64,000 nucleotides of DNA, taken from the NCBI GenBank assembly GCA_024276015.1, contig JAJRXZ010000026.1:78257-142256 (forward strand), read 5' to 3'. Within the stretch, counting starts at the first letter, position 1. The number at the start of each line of letters is the position of its first letter. Made by a program: the position numbers and the translations under genes. This document shows, one piece after another, positions 40,169-50,461 of this stretch. The stretch is from Spirochaetota bacterium (GTDB lineage Bacteria; Spirochaetota; UBA4802; UBA5550). A model generated the notes under the pieces. That model had not been told where the DNA came from. It did no database searches and was given only the letters and a program-made list of their open reading frames with translations.

Positions 40169-41281
40169 ATGTTTTCGGATATATACGACGAATATAAATG
40201 GGAACGCGTAAAGGATAGGATCTACTCTTCAACTGAAGATGACCTTAAAAATACGTTAAAAAAAGATGCTCTTCACATCAACGACATTTATCCTCTCTTT
40301 TCTCCTCATGGAGACAAGTACCTGGAAGAGATTGCACAAATTTCCTATAAAATTACCAGACAGAGATTCGGCAATGTTATTCAGCTCTATTCGCCTCTAT
40401 ACATCTCCAATGAATGCACAAACCGATGCCTCTATTGCGGATTCAATGCCGAAAATAAGATCCGTCGTATAACCTTAACCCCTGACGAAATCGAAGCTGA
40501 TGCGGAAATATTATACAGAGCAGGTTTCAGGCATATCCTTCTTTTAACAGGCGAAAACAGACAGGCTGTCCCGCTCAGGTATCTTGCGGAAATATCGGAA
40601 AGGATACACGGCAGATTCTCGTCCGTCTCTATTGAAGTTTATCCCATGGAGGCAGATGAATATTCAGTGATGATAAATTCAGGAACCGACGGCCTTACCC
40701 TATATCAGGAAACTTACAATAAAAAGACTTACAGTGAGGTGCATCCTTCAGGGAAAAAAAGAGACTTTTACCGAAGACTTAACGGCCCCGACAGAGGCGG
40801 AACAGCGGGATTCAGAAAGATCGGCATCGGTTCCCTCCTGGGCCTTTCGGACTGGCGCACAGAAGGATTTTTTACGGCTCTTCATGCGCTCTATCTTACA
40901 AAAAAGTACTGGAAAAGCCACATTCAGGTTTCTTTTCCAAGATTAAGAAAAGCTCCGGGCAGCTTTAGACCGTATGTCGAAATCACAGATAAAAATCTTA
41001 CGCTTCTGATCTCAGCAATGAGAATCATTCTGCCCGATGCCGGTCTTGTACTATCCACGCGGGAGTCCCCATATTTAAGAGACAACCTCTTCCCTATCGG
41101 AATTACAATGATGAGCGCCGGCTCAAAAACAGAACCGGGCGGATATTCGGAAATGGATATTGCCGACAGACAATTCGATGTTGAGGACAACAGAACACCC
41201 GAAGAAATAGCTGCAATGATCCGAAGCAAGGGCTTTGATCCGGTCTGGAAAGACTGGGACAGGGAATTTATTCACACATAG
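40169..41281 (+). CDS. thiH: 2-iminoacetate synthase (tyrosine lyase), radical SAM
   Basis: 370 aa. CTNRCLYCGF radical-SAM motif. Immediately follows thiG. Confidence 0.8.
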   Translation: MFSDIYDEYKWERVKDRIYSSTEDDLKNTLKKDALHINDIYPLFSPHGDKYLEEIAQISYKITRQRFGNVIQLYSPLYISNECTNRCLYCGFNAENKIRRITLTPDEIEADAEILYRAGFRHILLLTGENRQAVPLRYLAEISERIHGRFSSVSIEVYPMEADEYSVMINSGTDGLTLYQETYNKKTYSEVHPSGKKRDFYRRLNGPDRGGTAGFRKIGIGSLLGLSDWRTEGFFTALHALYLTKKYWKSHIQVSFPRLRKAPGSFRPYVEITDKNLTLLISAMRIILPDAGLVLSTRESPYLRDNLFPIGITMMSAGSKTEPGGYSEMDIADRQFDVEDNRTPEEIAAMIRSKGFDPVWKDWDREFIHT

Positions 41282-41282
41282 C

Positions 41283-42506
41283 TTAACTACACTCTCTCTT
41301 TCTAAATGCCTTCTCAGCTACATCAAGATATAATCCGTAAAAATAGGGTTTCTGCGAAGAAAAAGCTTTAGCCTGATCCAGTATTGCTTCTTCCGCATAA
41401 TCGATACTGTACTTCCATGTCTGATAATCGTAAGTTACGGAACGGGCAAAATAAAGCGGTTTCAAGGCTTCAACAATATCAGACCTTACCCTTTTTGAGC
41501 CCAGATCAAAGCTGTAGAGCAGCTGATAAACGCATTGAGTCCACATAAGGATATCCATATTATAATGGTCATGCTCAATCATTCTTTTTATACTGGTATA
41601 CAGGTAATCGCTGAGATATCTTTTTAACAGTTTTTCACGAATTTTAAATTCCATTCTCAACTTTTCCTTTAACTCCCTCAGATTGACAAAAAGCTGCTGA
41701 GGGCGGTCAAGTGTTTTCAGGCCGAATTGCGGTTTTCGCGCATGATCGCCATTATTCATTCCGATCCAGTCGGACTTTTTAGAAAGTACCTTCTCAAAAA
41801 AGGTGGTCACTACCTGAGTGAACATAGGCCCCAATTTTGGAGCGCTGGCCTTGTGTATTTTCGCACCAAGACCCACTTCACAGATCTTAAATTTTCCTAT
41901 TACTGCATTGAGTGTCATAAAAATATCAATTCCGTATAATTTTGTAGTGGGATGCCACTTCTGATCCAGCCAGTGATCCATCAGCGCAGGAGAAAAAGCA
42001 AAATCTCCCCCAATGGGCTGACGAATATTCTCACCCATGAGCCCATAGAGAAGCGGATAACAGATATGGTTTGTTATGGTTCCGTCAAACTGATGTCTGG
42101 AATATCTTGGAAGAGCATAATCCATTCCTTTAAATATAGGCTCTGCCAGATATTTTACCCATTCCGGAGTTACCGATTTAAGATCAGCATCCAGTACCAA
42201 CACCACCTTTAAAGTGCTTATATGCTTTTTCCCGAATTTAAAGAGATTTAAAAAATTGTTCCCTTTACCCCGAACGCCCCTGGGGGTCGTAATATATTTT
42301 TTCGGAGTCTTCGTTTCAGTTGATAGAAAAGCTCCCTTAGTATTATCCTCACTGTTATTATCAACATTTACTATTACTGCATTTTTTCCGGCAAAATATT
42401 TTTGTATCCCAAGATCAACCTGTTTTGTAACGAATCCGATAGAATCAGCTTCCATATAAGAAGGAATTCCAACAATAAGTTCTATATCTTTAATCTGATT
42501 TCCCAT
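41283..42506 (-). CDS. GT-A-fold glycosyltransferase related to mannosylglycerate synthase (GT78-like)
   Basis: 407 aa. The segments GKGNNFLNLF, VLVLDADLKSVTPEWV, YALPRYSRHQFDGTITNHICYPLLYGL and QPIGGDFAFS align from memory with the Rhodothermus MGS motifs GKGDGMNTAL, HFYDADITSFGPDWI, YGLVRHYFPRASTDAMITWMITRTGFALLW and QPLGGELLM. Confidence 0.45.
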   Translation of the reverse strand: MGNQIKDIELIVGIPSYMEADSIGFVTKQVDLGIQKYFAGKNAVIVNVDNNSEDNTKGAFLSTETKTPKKYITTPRGVRGKGNNFLNLFKFGKKHISTLKVVLVLDADLKSVTPEWVKYLAEPIFKGMDYALPRYSRHQFDGTITNHICYPLLYGLMGENIRQPIGGDFAFSPALMDHWLDQKWHPTTKLYGIDIFMTLNAVIGKFKICEVGLGAKIHKASAPKLGPMFTQVVTTFFEKVLSKKSDWIGMNNGDHARKPQFGLKTLDRPQQLFVNLRELKEKLRMEFKIREKLLKRYLSDYLYTSIKRMIEHDHYNMDILMWTQCVYQLLYSFDLGSKRVRSDIVEALKPLYFARSVTYDYQTWKYSIDYAEEAILDQAKAFSSQKPYFYGLYLDVAEKAFRKRECS

Positions 42507-42915
42507 AACAAAACTCCAATATTGAACAGTTTATTATACCTATAATTATCGGCCATTAACCAGTAAAAATATCATTCCGAATTGAGCAACTATTTATTAT
42601 CTATTATGAAAAAAATGTATAAAAACCAAAAAAATTCAATTTCAAGTCTAATTTACAAATTATTTTAATATTGCCTCATTTTATTCAATAAGAATTATGC
42701 CTGATAAAAGAATAAAAACATGAAAGATGCGGTATAATGAATTATTTGAATTGACAAGACTTCGGATTTAAAGCTTGTTATGTTGTTAATATAATATCAA
42801 AAAATTACTTTCATAGTAAATAGTCGATCGCACATGCAAAAATACTGTTTAAACTATGAAAATGCTTGTTTGTCTCTTAAAAATATATAGATATTATCAT
42901 TTTTTATTGTAAGTT

Positions 42916-44397
42916 ATGATAGATTATTCGGACATTATTACAAAATTTTATAACGGCAAAACAATAATATTTAAATTTAAATATCCATCAGATAGAATAA
43001 TTGTTTCAATCAATTCATTGATCGCTAAGATTCTATCAAGGATGAACCGCATATATCTTCTTGACTCGGTTCTGACTATTATCAGAGAACTCATTGTTAA
43101 TGCCGTAAAAGCCAACAGTAAAAGGGTTTATTTCCAAAATCTTGAACTGGATATAAATGATCCTGATGAATACAATTTCGGAATGAAAAAATTTATGCTT
43201 CGGGTAATGAGAAATCTTAAAGGCTTTAAAAACGATCTGATTAACAGCAAATATGAAATAGTTGCAGCAATAAAAAAAACCGACAGCGGGATTAAGATCA
43301 CAGTAAAAAATACAACTGCCGCTCTGCCTGTTGAAATAAAAAGGATCAGAGAGAGGAAGGAGATGGCAAAGCAGTATGAAAATTTTTCCGATGCATATGC
43401 CGGTTTCTATGACCCTTCCGAAGGCGCCGGGTTGGGGATCATACTTATTGTATTCCTCTTAAGAAACGCCGGCGTAGATCCGGAACATTTTAAAATTATT
43501 GCAGATGAGGATTCCGTTATATCAGTATTTTTTATTCCCGACCAATTAAGAAAAACCGAAATAACAGGCATTATCAAAGAAAAAATAACAGCTCAGGTCA
43601 ATTCTCTTCCCACATTCCCCGAGCATATTATTGAACTGCAGTCATTATGCAGCAGAAAAGACGTTACCATAGAGAGCATTTCATCAAAAATCGAAATTGA
43701 CCCTTCCTTAACTGCTGACGTATTAAAGCTTGCCAATTCCGCTCTCTTCAATCCCGGGAAAAAGATCCACAGTATTAAAGAAGCCATAATGAGAATAGGC
43801 TTTAAAAACCTTAAATCTATTTTAACCGTTTCGGCTTCAAGAAAGATCATGAATGAAAGGTATAAAAAATTTGAACAGATATGGGATCACTGCAATAAAG
43901 TTGCATTTTACGGAAGATATATAGCAAGAGACAATAAACTGGAAGGGATAGCGGATAATATATTTATTTCCGGTCTTTTACATGACATAGGCAAAATTGT
44001 ACTGCTGTCAACAGATATGGAAATAGTACAGATGATTGCTCAATTGATCAATAACAGAGAACTGAGAACAACAACAATCATCGAAGAAATTTCAATCGGG
44101 ATCAGCCATACTGCAATAGGAGCTATGATAGCAGAAAGATGGAATTTTCCCGATTATCTAATTGAAGCTATTAACTATCATCATTCTCCTTATCTATGCA
44201 AAAAAGAACACGAAGATACTATTTCCGTTATCTATCTTGCAAATATGATCACCGGTATTGAGACACAGCTATATAACTACTATTTTGTAGAATCCGATAT
44301 TCTTCATAGATTCGGATTAAACAGTGAAGAGAAACTCGGAGAATATATGAAAAAACTTGAAAGGATCTACAAACAGGACCGTTTATTACTGCAATAA
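42916..44397 (+). CDS. Fusion of a GHKL (anti-sigma-factor-like) ATPase domain with a C-terminal HDOD domain
   Basis: 493 aa. N-terminal LTIIRELIVNAVKAN (N-box) and DPSEGAGLGIILI (G2 box). C-terminal HDOD-like region (LHDIGKIVL, ISHTAIGAMIAERWNFP, INYHHSP). Confidence 0.5.
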   Translation: MIDYSDIITKFYNGKTIIFKFKYPSDRIIVSINSLIAKILSRMNRIYLLDSVLTIIRELIVNAVKANSKRVYFQNLELDINDPDEYNFGMKKFMLRVMRNLKGFKNDLINSKYEIVAAIKKTDSGIKITVKNTTAALPVEIKRIRERKEMAKQYENFSDAYAGFYDPSEGAGLGIILIVFLLRNAGVDPEHFKIIADEDSVISVFFIPDQLRKTEITGIIKEKITAQVNSLPTFPEHIIELQSLCSRKDVTIESISSKIEIDPSLTADVLKLANSALFNPGKKIHSIKEAIMRIGFKNLKSILTVSASRKIMNERYKKFEQIWDHCNKVAFYGRYIARDNKLEGIADNIFISGLLHDIGKIVLLSTDMEIVQMIAQLINNRELRTTTIIEEISIGISHTAIGAMIAERWNFPDYLIEAINYHHSPYLCKKEHEDTISVIYLANMITGIETQLYNYYFVESDILHRFGLNSEEKLGEYMKKLERIYKQDRLLLQ

Positions 44398-44526
44398 ATT
44401 GATATTATCTGTATAATAATGATATGGACAGCAATAAATAATTGCCGATAATTTAAGGGCTAATTAAAATCTTTTATTTCCATGAACTGTTACATATTGA
44501 TTTCTATAAACTTCGGGTTCTAAATT

Positions 44527-46227
44527 GTGAGCAAATATATTTTAAGCGACACGCCTTCAGGATATAAAACATTGATCTATAAAGATCTGAAGGAAATAAA
44601 GATTCACTCTTCATATAATCCTGTGAAAGAAGCCGAAAGGGCGGTACGGGCCTATTCCAAGGGACGGGCTTCCATTATAGTTGTATCGGGACTGGGATTG
44701 GGATACCATGTTAGCGAGATCATAAACAGATATCCCGATATTGATATTATTGTTCTGGAATATGACAGGGAAGTGGTAAAAAAAGTATCCCAATACAATC
44801 CTCAATTACTTAAGAGAATCACATTATTAACTTCTGTAACAGATACAGCGAAAGTATTTGAAGAGATCAATATGAACGATTTTAAAGGTATATCTCATTA
44901 CATTCACCGCCCCTCTTACCGGATATGCAAAAATTATTACGATACTCTCCTGACCGATATTAAACAGTATATTTCGTCCAAAATAAGCGACCTTTTAACA
45001 AGATTTGAGTTCGAAGAAAAATGGACAATAAATATTTTTAAAAATCTCCCTGAAATATGCGGCAGAAGCACTGTAAAGGATCTCTTTGGAAAATTCAAAG
45101 GGTATCCCGGCATCATAGTATCTGCCGGGCCTTCACTGAGAAAAAACATTCATATTCTTAACAAACTGAGAGATCACTGCCTGATAGTTTCAGTTGATAC
45201 TGCAATTAAAGTACTGCACAGGAAAAATATTTCCCCTCATATTGTTATGACTCTTGACAGCCAGAATTTCAGCATGAAGCACTTCCTGGGATTGAACAAA
45301 TTCGCTCCTCTCCTTATTGCCGATATTGTAAGCTGTCCCGGAATTATCCGTTCTTATGCCGGTGAAAAGACCTTCAGTACTACGTCAAAATATTACACAA
45401 ACAGAAAAGGCGAACAGATACGGGAAACAACGCCTGCAGCGGACTGGCTTGAAAAGTTTATGGAACCGATCGGCGATATCCAATCGGGCGGATCTGTTGC
45501 AACAAGCGCCTTTGACCTTCTCCTTAATCTCGGATGCGACCCTATAATTTTAATCGGCCAGGATCTTGCCTACACCGGAAGAGAGATCCACTGCAGCGGA
45601 ACCTATCACAATGACGATTGGCTTACGCTTATATCAAGACTGAATAATCTTAATACCATAAACCAGAACGTCATCAGAAAAAGAAAAATAAAACAAGTTG
45701 AGTCTTTCGGGAAAAAGAACAAAGTAATAACTGACTTTGTTCTTGATCTGTACAGAACATGGTTTGAAGATTCGTCATTAAAAGTAAACCGAACAATATT
45801 TAATGCAACCGAAGGCGGCGCTCATATCAAAAATATGAAAGAAGAGACCTTGGCTTCCATAAGCGAAATGCTGAATAAGAAACCCGAATTAACTCCTGAC
45901 AAAATAATAGATGACTCCATTTCACATGAAGATAAAAGCGATACGAAAAAACTCATAGCAGGGTTAGAAAATGCAATATCCCATATTGACCATATAGATT
46001 TAATAATAAAAGAGAATAATCCTGCGGATATGAACGAAATTTCCCATATAATCGAAAGCAAAGGTCTTTCCGAGCTTTACAGACCCTTTATGAGAAAATG
46101 CGGCATCTATTTATCAAGACATGATCCGGAACCGGACGAAGCCGTTGATATTATTAAGAAAGCAATTGCCAGAGCCAACAGTGTTCTCTTACCGCTTCTG
46201 AAAAATTCTCTTAATAAATTGACCTGA
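44527..46227 (+). CDS. DUF115 / motility-accessory-factor (Maf)-like 6-hydroxymethylpterin-diphosphokinase-fold protein
   Basis: 566 aa. Core GIIVSAGPSLRKN...LIVSVDTAIKVL...IVMTLDSQ matches the DUF115 (MAF_flag10) signature. Possibly a GTG/TTG start (protein begins VSKYIL). Confidence 0.55.
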   Translation: MSKYILSDTPSGYKTLIYKDLKEIKIHSSYNPVKEAERAVRAYSKGRASIIVVSGLGLGYHVSEIINRYPDIDIIVLEYDREVVKKVSQYNPQLLKRITLLTSVTDTAKVFEEINMNDFKGISHYIHRPSYRICKNYYDTLLTDIKQYISSKISDLLTRFEFEEKWTINIFKNLPEICGRSTVKDLFGKFKGYPGIIVSAGPSLRKNIHILNKLRDHCLIVSVDTAIKVLHRKNISPHIVMTLDSQNFSMKHFLGLNKFAPLLIADIVSCPGIIRSYAGEKTFSTTSKYYTNRKGEQIRETTPAADWLEKFMEPIGDIQSGGSVATSAFDLLLNLGCDPIILIGQDLAYTGREIHCSGTYHNDDWLTLISRLNNLNTINQNVIRKRKIKQVESFGKKNKVITDFVLDLYRTWFEDSSLKVNRTIFNATEGGAHIKNMKEETLASISEMLNKKPELTPDKIIDDSISHEDKSDTKKLIAGLENAISHIDHIDLIIKENNPADMNEISHIIESKGLSELYRPFMRKCGIYLSRHDPEPDEAVDIIKKAIARANSVLLPLLKNSLNKLT

Positions 46228-46311
46228 ATTGTTATTTTAATTATTATAATTTACAGGTATTAATTCCGATATTATTCTATATATCATATAAGGGACTATA
46301 TTAAACCGACA

Positions 46312-47142
46312 ATGAGATTGATAACCGGTACAGCATTGATAATTATTGCCTTTTCAGCATATCCGGGCTTTACAGATATTAACAAAAATTACCGCATCGA
46401 CTGGATAAAAGGAACTATAAGATCATACGGCATTTCTGAGATCAGAATAGAAAAAAGCGGGCAGCCCTACAGTTACATCGAAGCGTCGCCAATTTCAATT
46501 AACCGCGCAAGGATGATGGGTTATTCAAGAGCTAAGGATTATGCAGTTGAAAACCTCGTATCTGCTGTGAAAGGGATACGAGTGGATTACCAATACAGAC
46601 TCATTGATCTTTTAGAGAAAAATTATTTAGTAAAAAAAAGACTTACAAATTTTATTGAGCATAGACTAAAAATGAAAAAATACCCCGTTGATTTTTACAG
46701 ATCGGGCTGTTCGGCAGAAATGAAGATTAAAGATTTAATTGAAGTTATCCCATACAATTTCCCGGAACGAGAATTCCCTGTGATATATTTTAATCCCATA
46801 GCAACTAAATATACAAGCCTTATAATAGACACAAGAAACCTCAATATAAAACCGATGATATTCCCCTCGGTTTATAACGAAGATGGCCTTGAAATTTACG
46901 GAAGGCATTATATTAGCGCCTCCTTTGCCGGAAAATATGGAGTTGTAAAATATGTTTTCAGTGAAGATGAAGCTCTAAAAGACAGAAGAGCCGGGGAACA
47001 CCCTTTATACACTGTTGCTCTTAAAAACATATACGATTCACCTGTAATATCCAACAGAGATATAAAAAAAATGCTGAGCAGCAAAGAAAACCTAAAGAGA
47101 CTAAAAGAGTGCAGAGTCATCTTTATAATAGACCGAAAATAA
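46312..47142 (+). CDS. Secreted hypothetical protein
   Basis: 276 aa, signal-like N-terminus (LITGTALIIIAFSAYPGF). No recognised domain. Confidence 0.3.
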   Translation: MRLITGTALIIIAFSAYPGFTDINKNYRIDWIKGTIRSYGISEIRIEKSGQPYSYIEASPISINRARMMGYSRAKDYAVENLVSAVKGIRVDYQYRLIDLLEKNYLVKKRLTNFIEHRLKMKKYPVDFYRSGCSAEMKIKDLIEVIPYNFPEREFPVIYFNPIATKYTSLIIDTRNLNIKPMIFPSVYNEDGLEIYGRHYISASFAGKYGVVKYVFSEDEALKDRRAGEHPLYTVALKNIYDSPVISNRDIKKMLSSKENLKRLKECRVIFIIDRK

Positions 47143-47146
47143 TATC

Positions 47147-47779
47147 ATGAATCCCGTAAAAAACATATCCGCAAAAATTCTTTCCCTGTTATACAGAACT
47201 ATCAACAGTTTTGACAACCGAACCATAAATACCATAAAGCAGCTATTCTTTATGTTCATATTTATCATGGTACTGATAGGAATTTATGTTGGTTACAGGA
47301 TGGGTAAAAGTTCCGCTCAGATAAAAACGCCTCCCCTTGCAGAATATACAAAGGATATTTTCCGGAATGATATTAACCGCGAAAGAGAAGAAGGCAGATT
47401 CGGTTCGCTCCTCGAATCGGAGCTAATAAACGAATCAAAGTATCTTGAAAACAGCAAAATCCGGTTCCCGTCAAGAGAGAACCTGAGACCTGAAATTGAC
47501 GCCGCATTAATGGAACCTGAAAAGGAACAGAAAATTAAACCGGAGCCCCAAATGAAAGCTGACCTTAAACCCTATGAAGGCAAATACAGAGAACTGAAAA
47601 AACCTGATTCGGAAGTAAGACCTCTGGAAAGAGATTTTAATGTCATTAAGAAATCATCTTATCCGGATAATAAAAAAAACAAACCGCGTGAAAATGAAAA
47701 AATTAACCCGCTAAAATCTGCGAATAAAGAAAAAACGCTAAAACCGGTTATGAAACAAAGAGGTATTATCGAACCTTGA
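47147..47779 (+). CDS. Membrane-anchored Pro/Lys/Glu-rich protein (TolA/TonB-linker-like)
   Basis: 210 aa. One TM (FFMFIFIMVLIGIYVGY), then a low-complexity region rich in KPEP. Confidence 0.3.
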   Translation: MNPVKNISAKILSLLYRTINSFDNRTINTIKQLFFMFIFIMVLIGIYVGYRMGKSSAQIKTPPLAEYTKDIFRNDINREREEGRFGSLLESELINESKYLENSKIRFPSRENLRPEIDAALMEPEKEQKIKPEPQMKADLKPYEGKYRELKKPDSEVRPLERDFNVIKKSSYPDNKKNKPRENEKINPLKSANKEKTLKPVMKQRGIIEP

Positions 47780-48645
47780 AGACAATTCTGATTATATATA
47801 CGATCATTCTTTTCAGCACGGCCACCTCAGGAAAAGATTTCAGCAAAACAGAGGATATTATAAACAATATTCTTAAAGAAACTCCGTCTGAAACATCAAA
47901 AGATCCCGGCACAGGAGAAAAGATGAAAAAAGAACCTCCTGAGAAAAGTGCCGGCCGATCCGAAAAAAATGACGCTGAAGAAAAATACTCAGCAAGAGTT
48001 TCAACCGAGGATGAAGTTCTTTTAAAAACAGGCATTCAGCTCTACAAGAGCGAACTCTTTACGCATGCAAGAAAAAAATTTAAGGATCTGGTTTTAAAGT
48101 TTCCTCAGAGTCCCTACAGTTCAAGCGCCAAACTCATGCTGGGACGGATTGACCTGAAGGAACACAAATACAAAGAGGCAATCCTTCAATTTGCATCAAT
48201 AGACAAAGACTCAGGCGAATACCCTGCCGCTCTCTTTAACCTGGGGAATTGTTACAGGTTTATCGGCAGAAAGATCAAATCAATAGAATACTTTGAGCTT
48301 GTATCTTCACAGTTTCCCCAGCATGAACTTGCCGACAATGCTCTTCTCAATACCGGGAAGATATTTCTCAGTATTGGCAAAGGAAATCAAGCCTTGGAAC
48401 CGACTGTCAAACTTATTAAATATTACAAAACAAGAGAAACAATTGACGACGCGTACTATCTCCTTGCAAAGATATTTGAAAAGGATAAAAAACTGAAGGA
48501 CCCCGAAATTGTCAGAAAAATATATAAAAAATTTCTCAAAAAAGCCGGATCCGGGGAAGCGCCTTTTAAAAACTCCCCTCTAAAAAAAAGAGTAGAAAGA
48601 GACCTCAAATATATTGAGAAAAACTATTTCAGAATTGACCATTGA
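47776..48645 (+). CDS. Secreted TPR-repeat protein (CpoB/YbgF-like)
   Basis: 289 aa. Signal peptide with no lipobox Cys. 3-4 TPR units (ALFNLGNCYRFIGRKIKSIEYFELV...). Its start overlaps the upstream stop (ATGA-type). Confidence 0.45.
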   Translation: MKTILIIYTIILFSTATSGKDFSKTEDIINNILKETPSETSKDPGTGEKMKKEPPEKSAGRSEKNDAEEKYSARVSTEDEVLLKTGIQLYKSELFTHARKKFKDLVLKFPQSPYSSSAKLMLGRIDLKEHKYKEAILQFASIDKDSGEYPAALFNLGNCYRFIGRKIKSIEYFELVSSQFPQHELADNALLNTGKIFLSIGKGNQALEPTVKLIKYYKTRETIDDAYYLLAKIFEKDKKLKDPEIVRKIYKKFLKKAGSGEAPFKNSPLKKRVERDLKYIEKNYFRIDH

Positions 48646-48646
48646 T

Positions 48647-50308
48647 CTATCCTTCCTTTTCAATAATAATTGTATGTGTGGGGAATGGGATATTGATCCC
48701 AGCCTCATTTAAGGACTTATACACAACTTTAGTGGCTTCCACCCATTTATTGTACTGATTGACATAATTGGGCACCCAGAATTTTGCCTGAAAATTCAAT
48801 GAGAAATCACCCATTTCCGTAAAGACAACGGAAGGAGCAGGCTCCTCTGCAATCTCTGAGATGCTCTTCACAGCTTTAAGTACCACCTCCTCTACCATAT
48901 CAACATCCGAGCCGTAGGCTACGCCGAAATTAACAACAACCCTTATCATCGGGTCAGGCAGCACATAGTTTTTAAATTTTTTGTTCATTAGATCGCCGTT
49001 CGGATAAACAATTATTTCATTATCAAAGGTCTGTATTTTAGTATTCCTCAAGCCTACTTCTTTTATTACTCCCACATCCCCGTCTATGGACACTTTATCA
49101 CCCACCGCAAAGGAACGGTCAAGTATCAGCACAATGCCTCCGATAACATTTGAGAGAGAATCCTTAACCGCAAAACCGATAGCAAAACCTGCTATACCGA
49201 GAGATGCGATTAATGGGGCAATATTCACATTGAACCTTGACAGGACCATAATGATACCTATAGAGATGATCACGATTTTGGAAATCTTTAGAAAAAGAGG
49301 TATAAGGTCATCATCAATTCTGGACTCAATCCTTTCTGTGATTTTTTTCCCCCATGATTGAATAATTATCTCCGCTATTTTTGAGGCTAAATATGCAGCA
49401 AGCATTATGATAACGCCTGTTGTAATATTTAAGAGAACTTTATTGATCGAAGAAGCAGCTCCGATTGTAAATACGGCAAGCTTAATACCGAAAAATATTA
49501 TTATCCATCTAACAGGCTTCTTAGAAATATCAACAATTTCTTCATCAACAGATGTTGCCGTTTTGCCGGTGATCCTTTTTAATACTTTTTCAAAAAAGAG
49601 TCCCGCTATTAATGAAAGAATATAAAATATAACACATATTATAAGAGCCAGCAGCCATTTATTTTTTATAATAATCCCGATCCTGGATTTACCTATTTTT
49701 TCGTAATACTGAACAAAAATATTTTCTTTATCTTTGTCAAAGTCAAACAGCTGTTCCCTGAGAACATCAATCTTAAACCATGATTCAACCGAACCGGAGA
49801 ATTTTTCAAGAGACGAAAGGAATATACTGTCTATGGGGATATCATAGGTGCCTCCTTTAACAACTCTATTTTCCTTGAGGATCAATCCTCTGTAATCAAT
49901 TCTTAAAACTTTACCCTGAATAATATACCTTCCCATAATTCCGGCATATCCATTAAGATCCTCAAGCAGCTTCATAGCGGTCCCGGTATCATAATAATTT
50001 TCAATCTTTAAGTTAAGTCTTTTAGTCTCTTTTAGTATCTCTTCAGCAATAATTATTTTAATATTCTTTTCACTGCCCAGACTGTCTCTAATTAATTCAG
50101 GAATATAGTTAGTAAGATATTTCATTCCGGATTCTGAAAAATTTTCAAAAGGGAAAATCAGAATTTTGCGAAAAGAACCGTCCCCGGTCTCTTCTGTTGT
50201 CTTTTTATTATCAATCTGTTCTTTAACTCCATTATTCTTTTCACTGAAGGCCCAGGAAGCAGTGAAAAGAAAAAGCATAAAAATAAACATCCGCATTTTA
50301 ATTCTCAT
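48647..50308 (-). CDS. Mechanosensitive ion channel, MscS family, with a large N-terminal periplasmic domain
   Basis: 553 aa. Signal peptide, periplasmic region of about 200 aa, TM helices, then the MscS core (GIIMVLSRF...GIAGFAIGFAVKD...VGDKVSIDGDVGVIKEVGLRNT). Confidence 0.75.
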   Translation of the reverse strand: MRIKMRMFIFMLFLFTASWAFSEKNNGVKEQIDNKKTTEETGDGSFRKILIFPFENFSESGMKYLTNYIPELIRDSLGSEKNIKIIIAEEILKETKRLNLKIENYYDTGTAMKLLEDLNGYAGIMGRYIIQGKVLRIDYRGLILKENRVVKGGTYDIPIDSIFLSSLEKFSGSVESWFKIDVLREQLFDFDKDKENIFVQYYEKIGKSRIGIIIKNKWLLALIICVIFYILSLIAGLFFEKVLKRITGKTATSVDEEIVDISKKPVRWIIIFFGIKLAVFTIGAASSINKVLLNITTGVIIMLAAYLASKIAEIIIQSWGKKITERIESRIDDDLIPLFLKISKIVIISIGIIMVLSRFNVNIAPLIASLGIAGFAIGFAVKDSLSNVIGGIVLILDRSFAVGDKVSIDGDVGVIKEVGLRNTKIQTFDNEIIVYPNGDLMNKKFKNYVLPDPMIRVVVNFGVAYGSDVDMVEEVVLKAVKSISEIAEEPAPSVVFTEMGDFSLNFQAKFWVPNYVNQYNKWVEATKVVYKSLNEAGINIPFPTHTIIIEKEG

Positions 50309-50461
50309 TTGAACAATTCTCCATTGATAATATGATCATCCTTAATCTATATAATTTAAATTGAAAGTCAATTTATTTTTATTTGTATCCCTTAACAAAA
50401 CTTATTGACATAATTAGGAAAAACTAATATTATTATCTTTCTCTATTTTTAAGGACATTCT

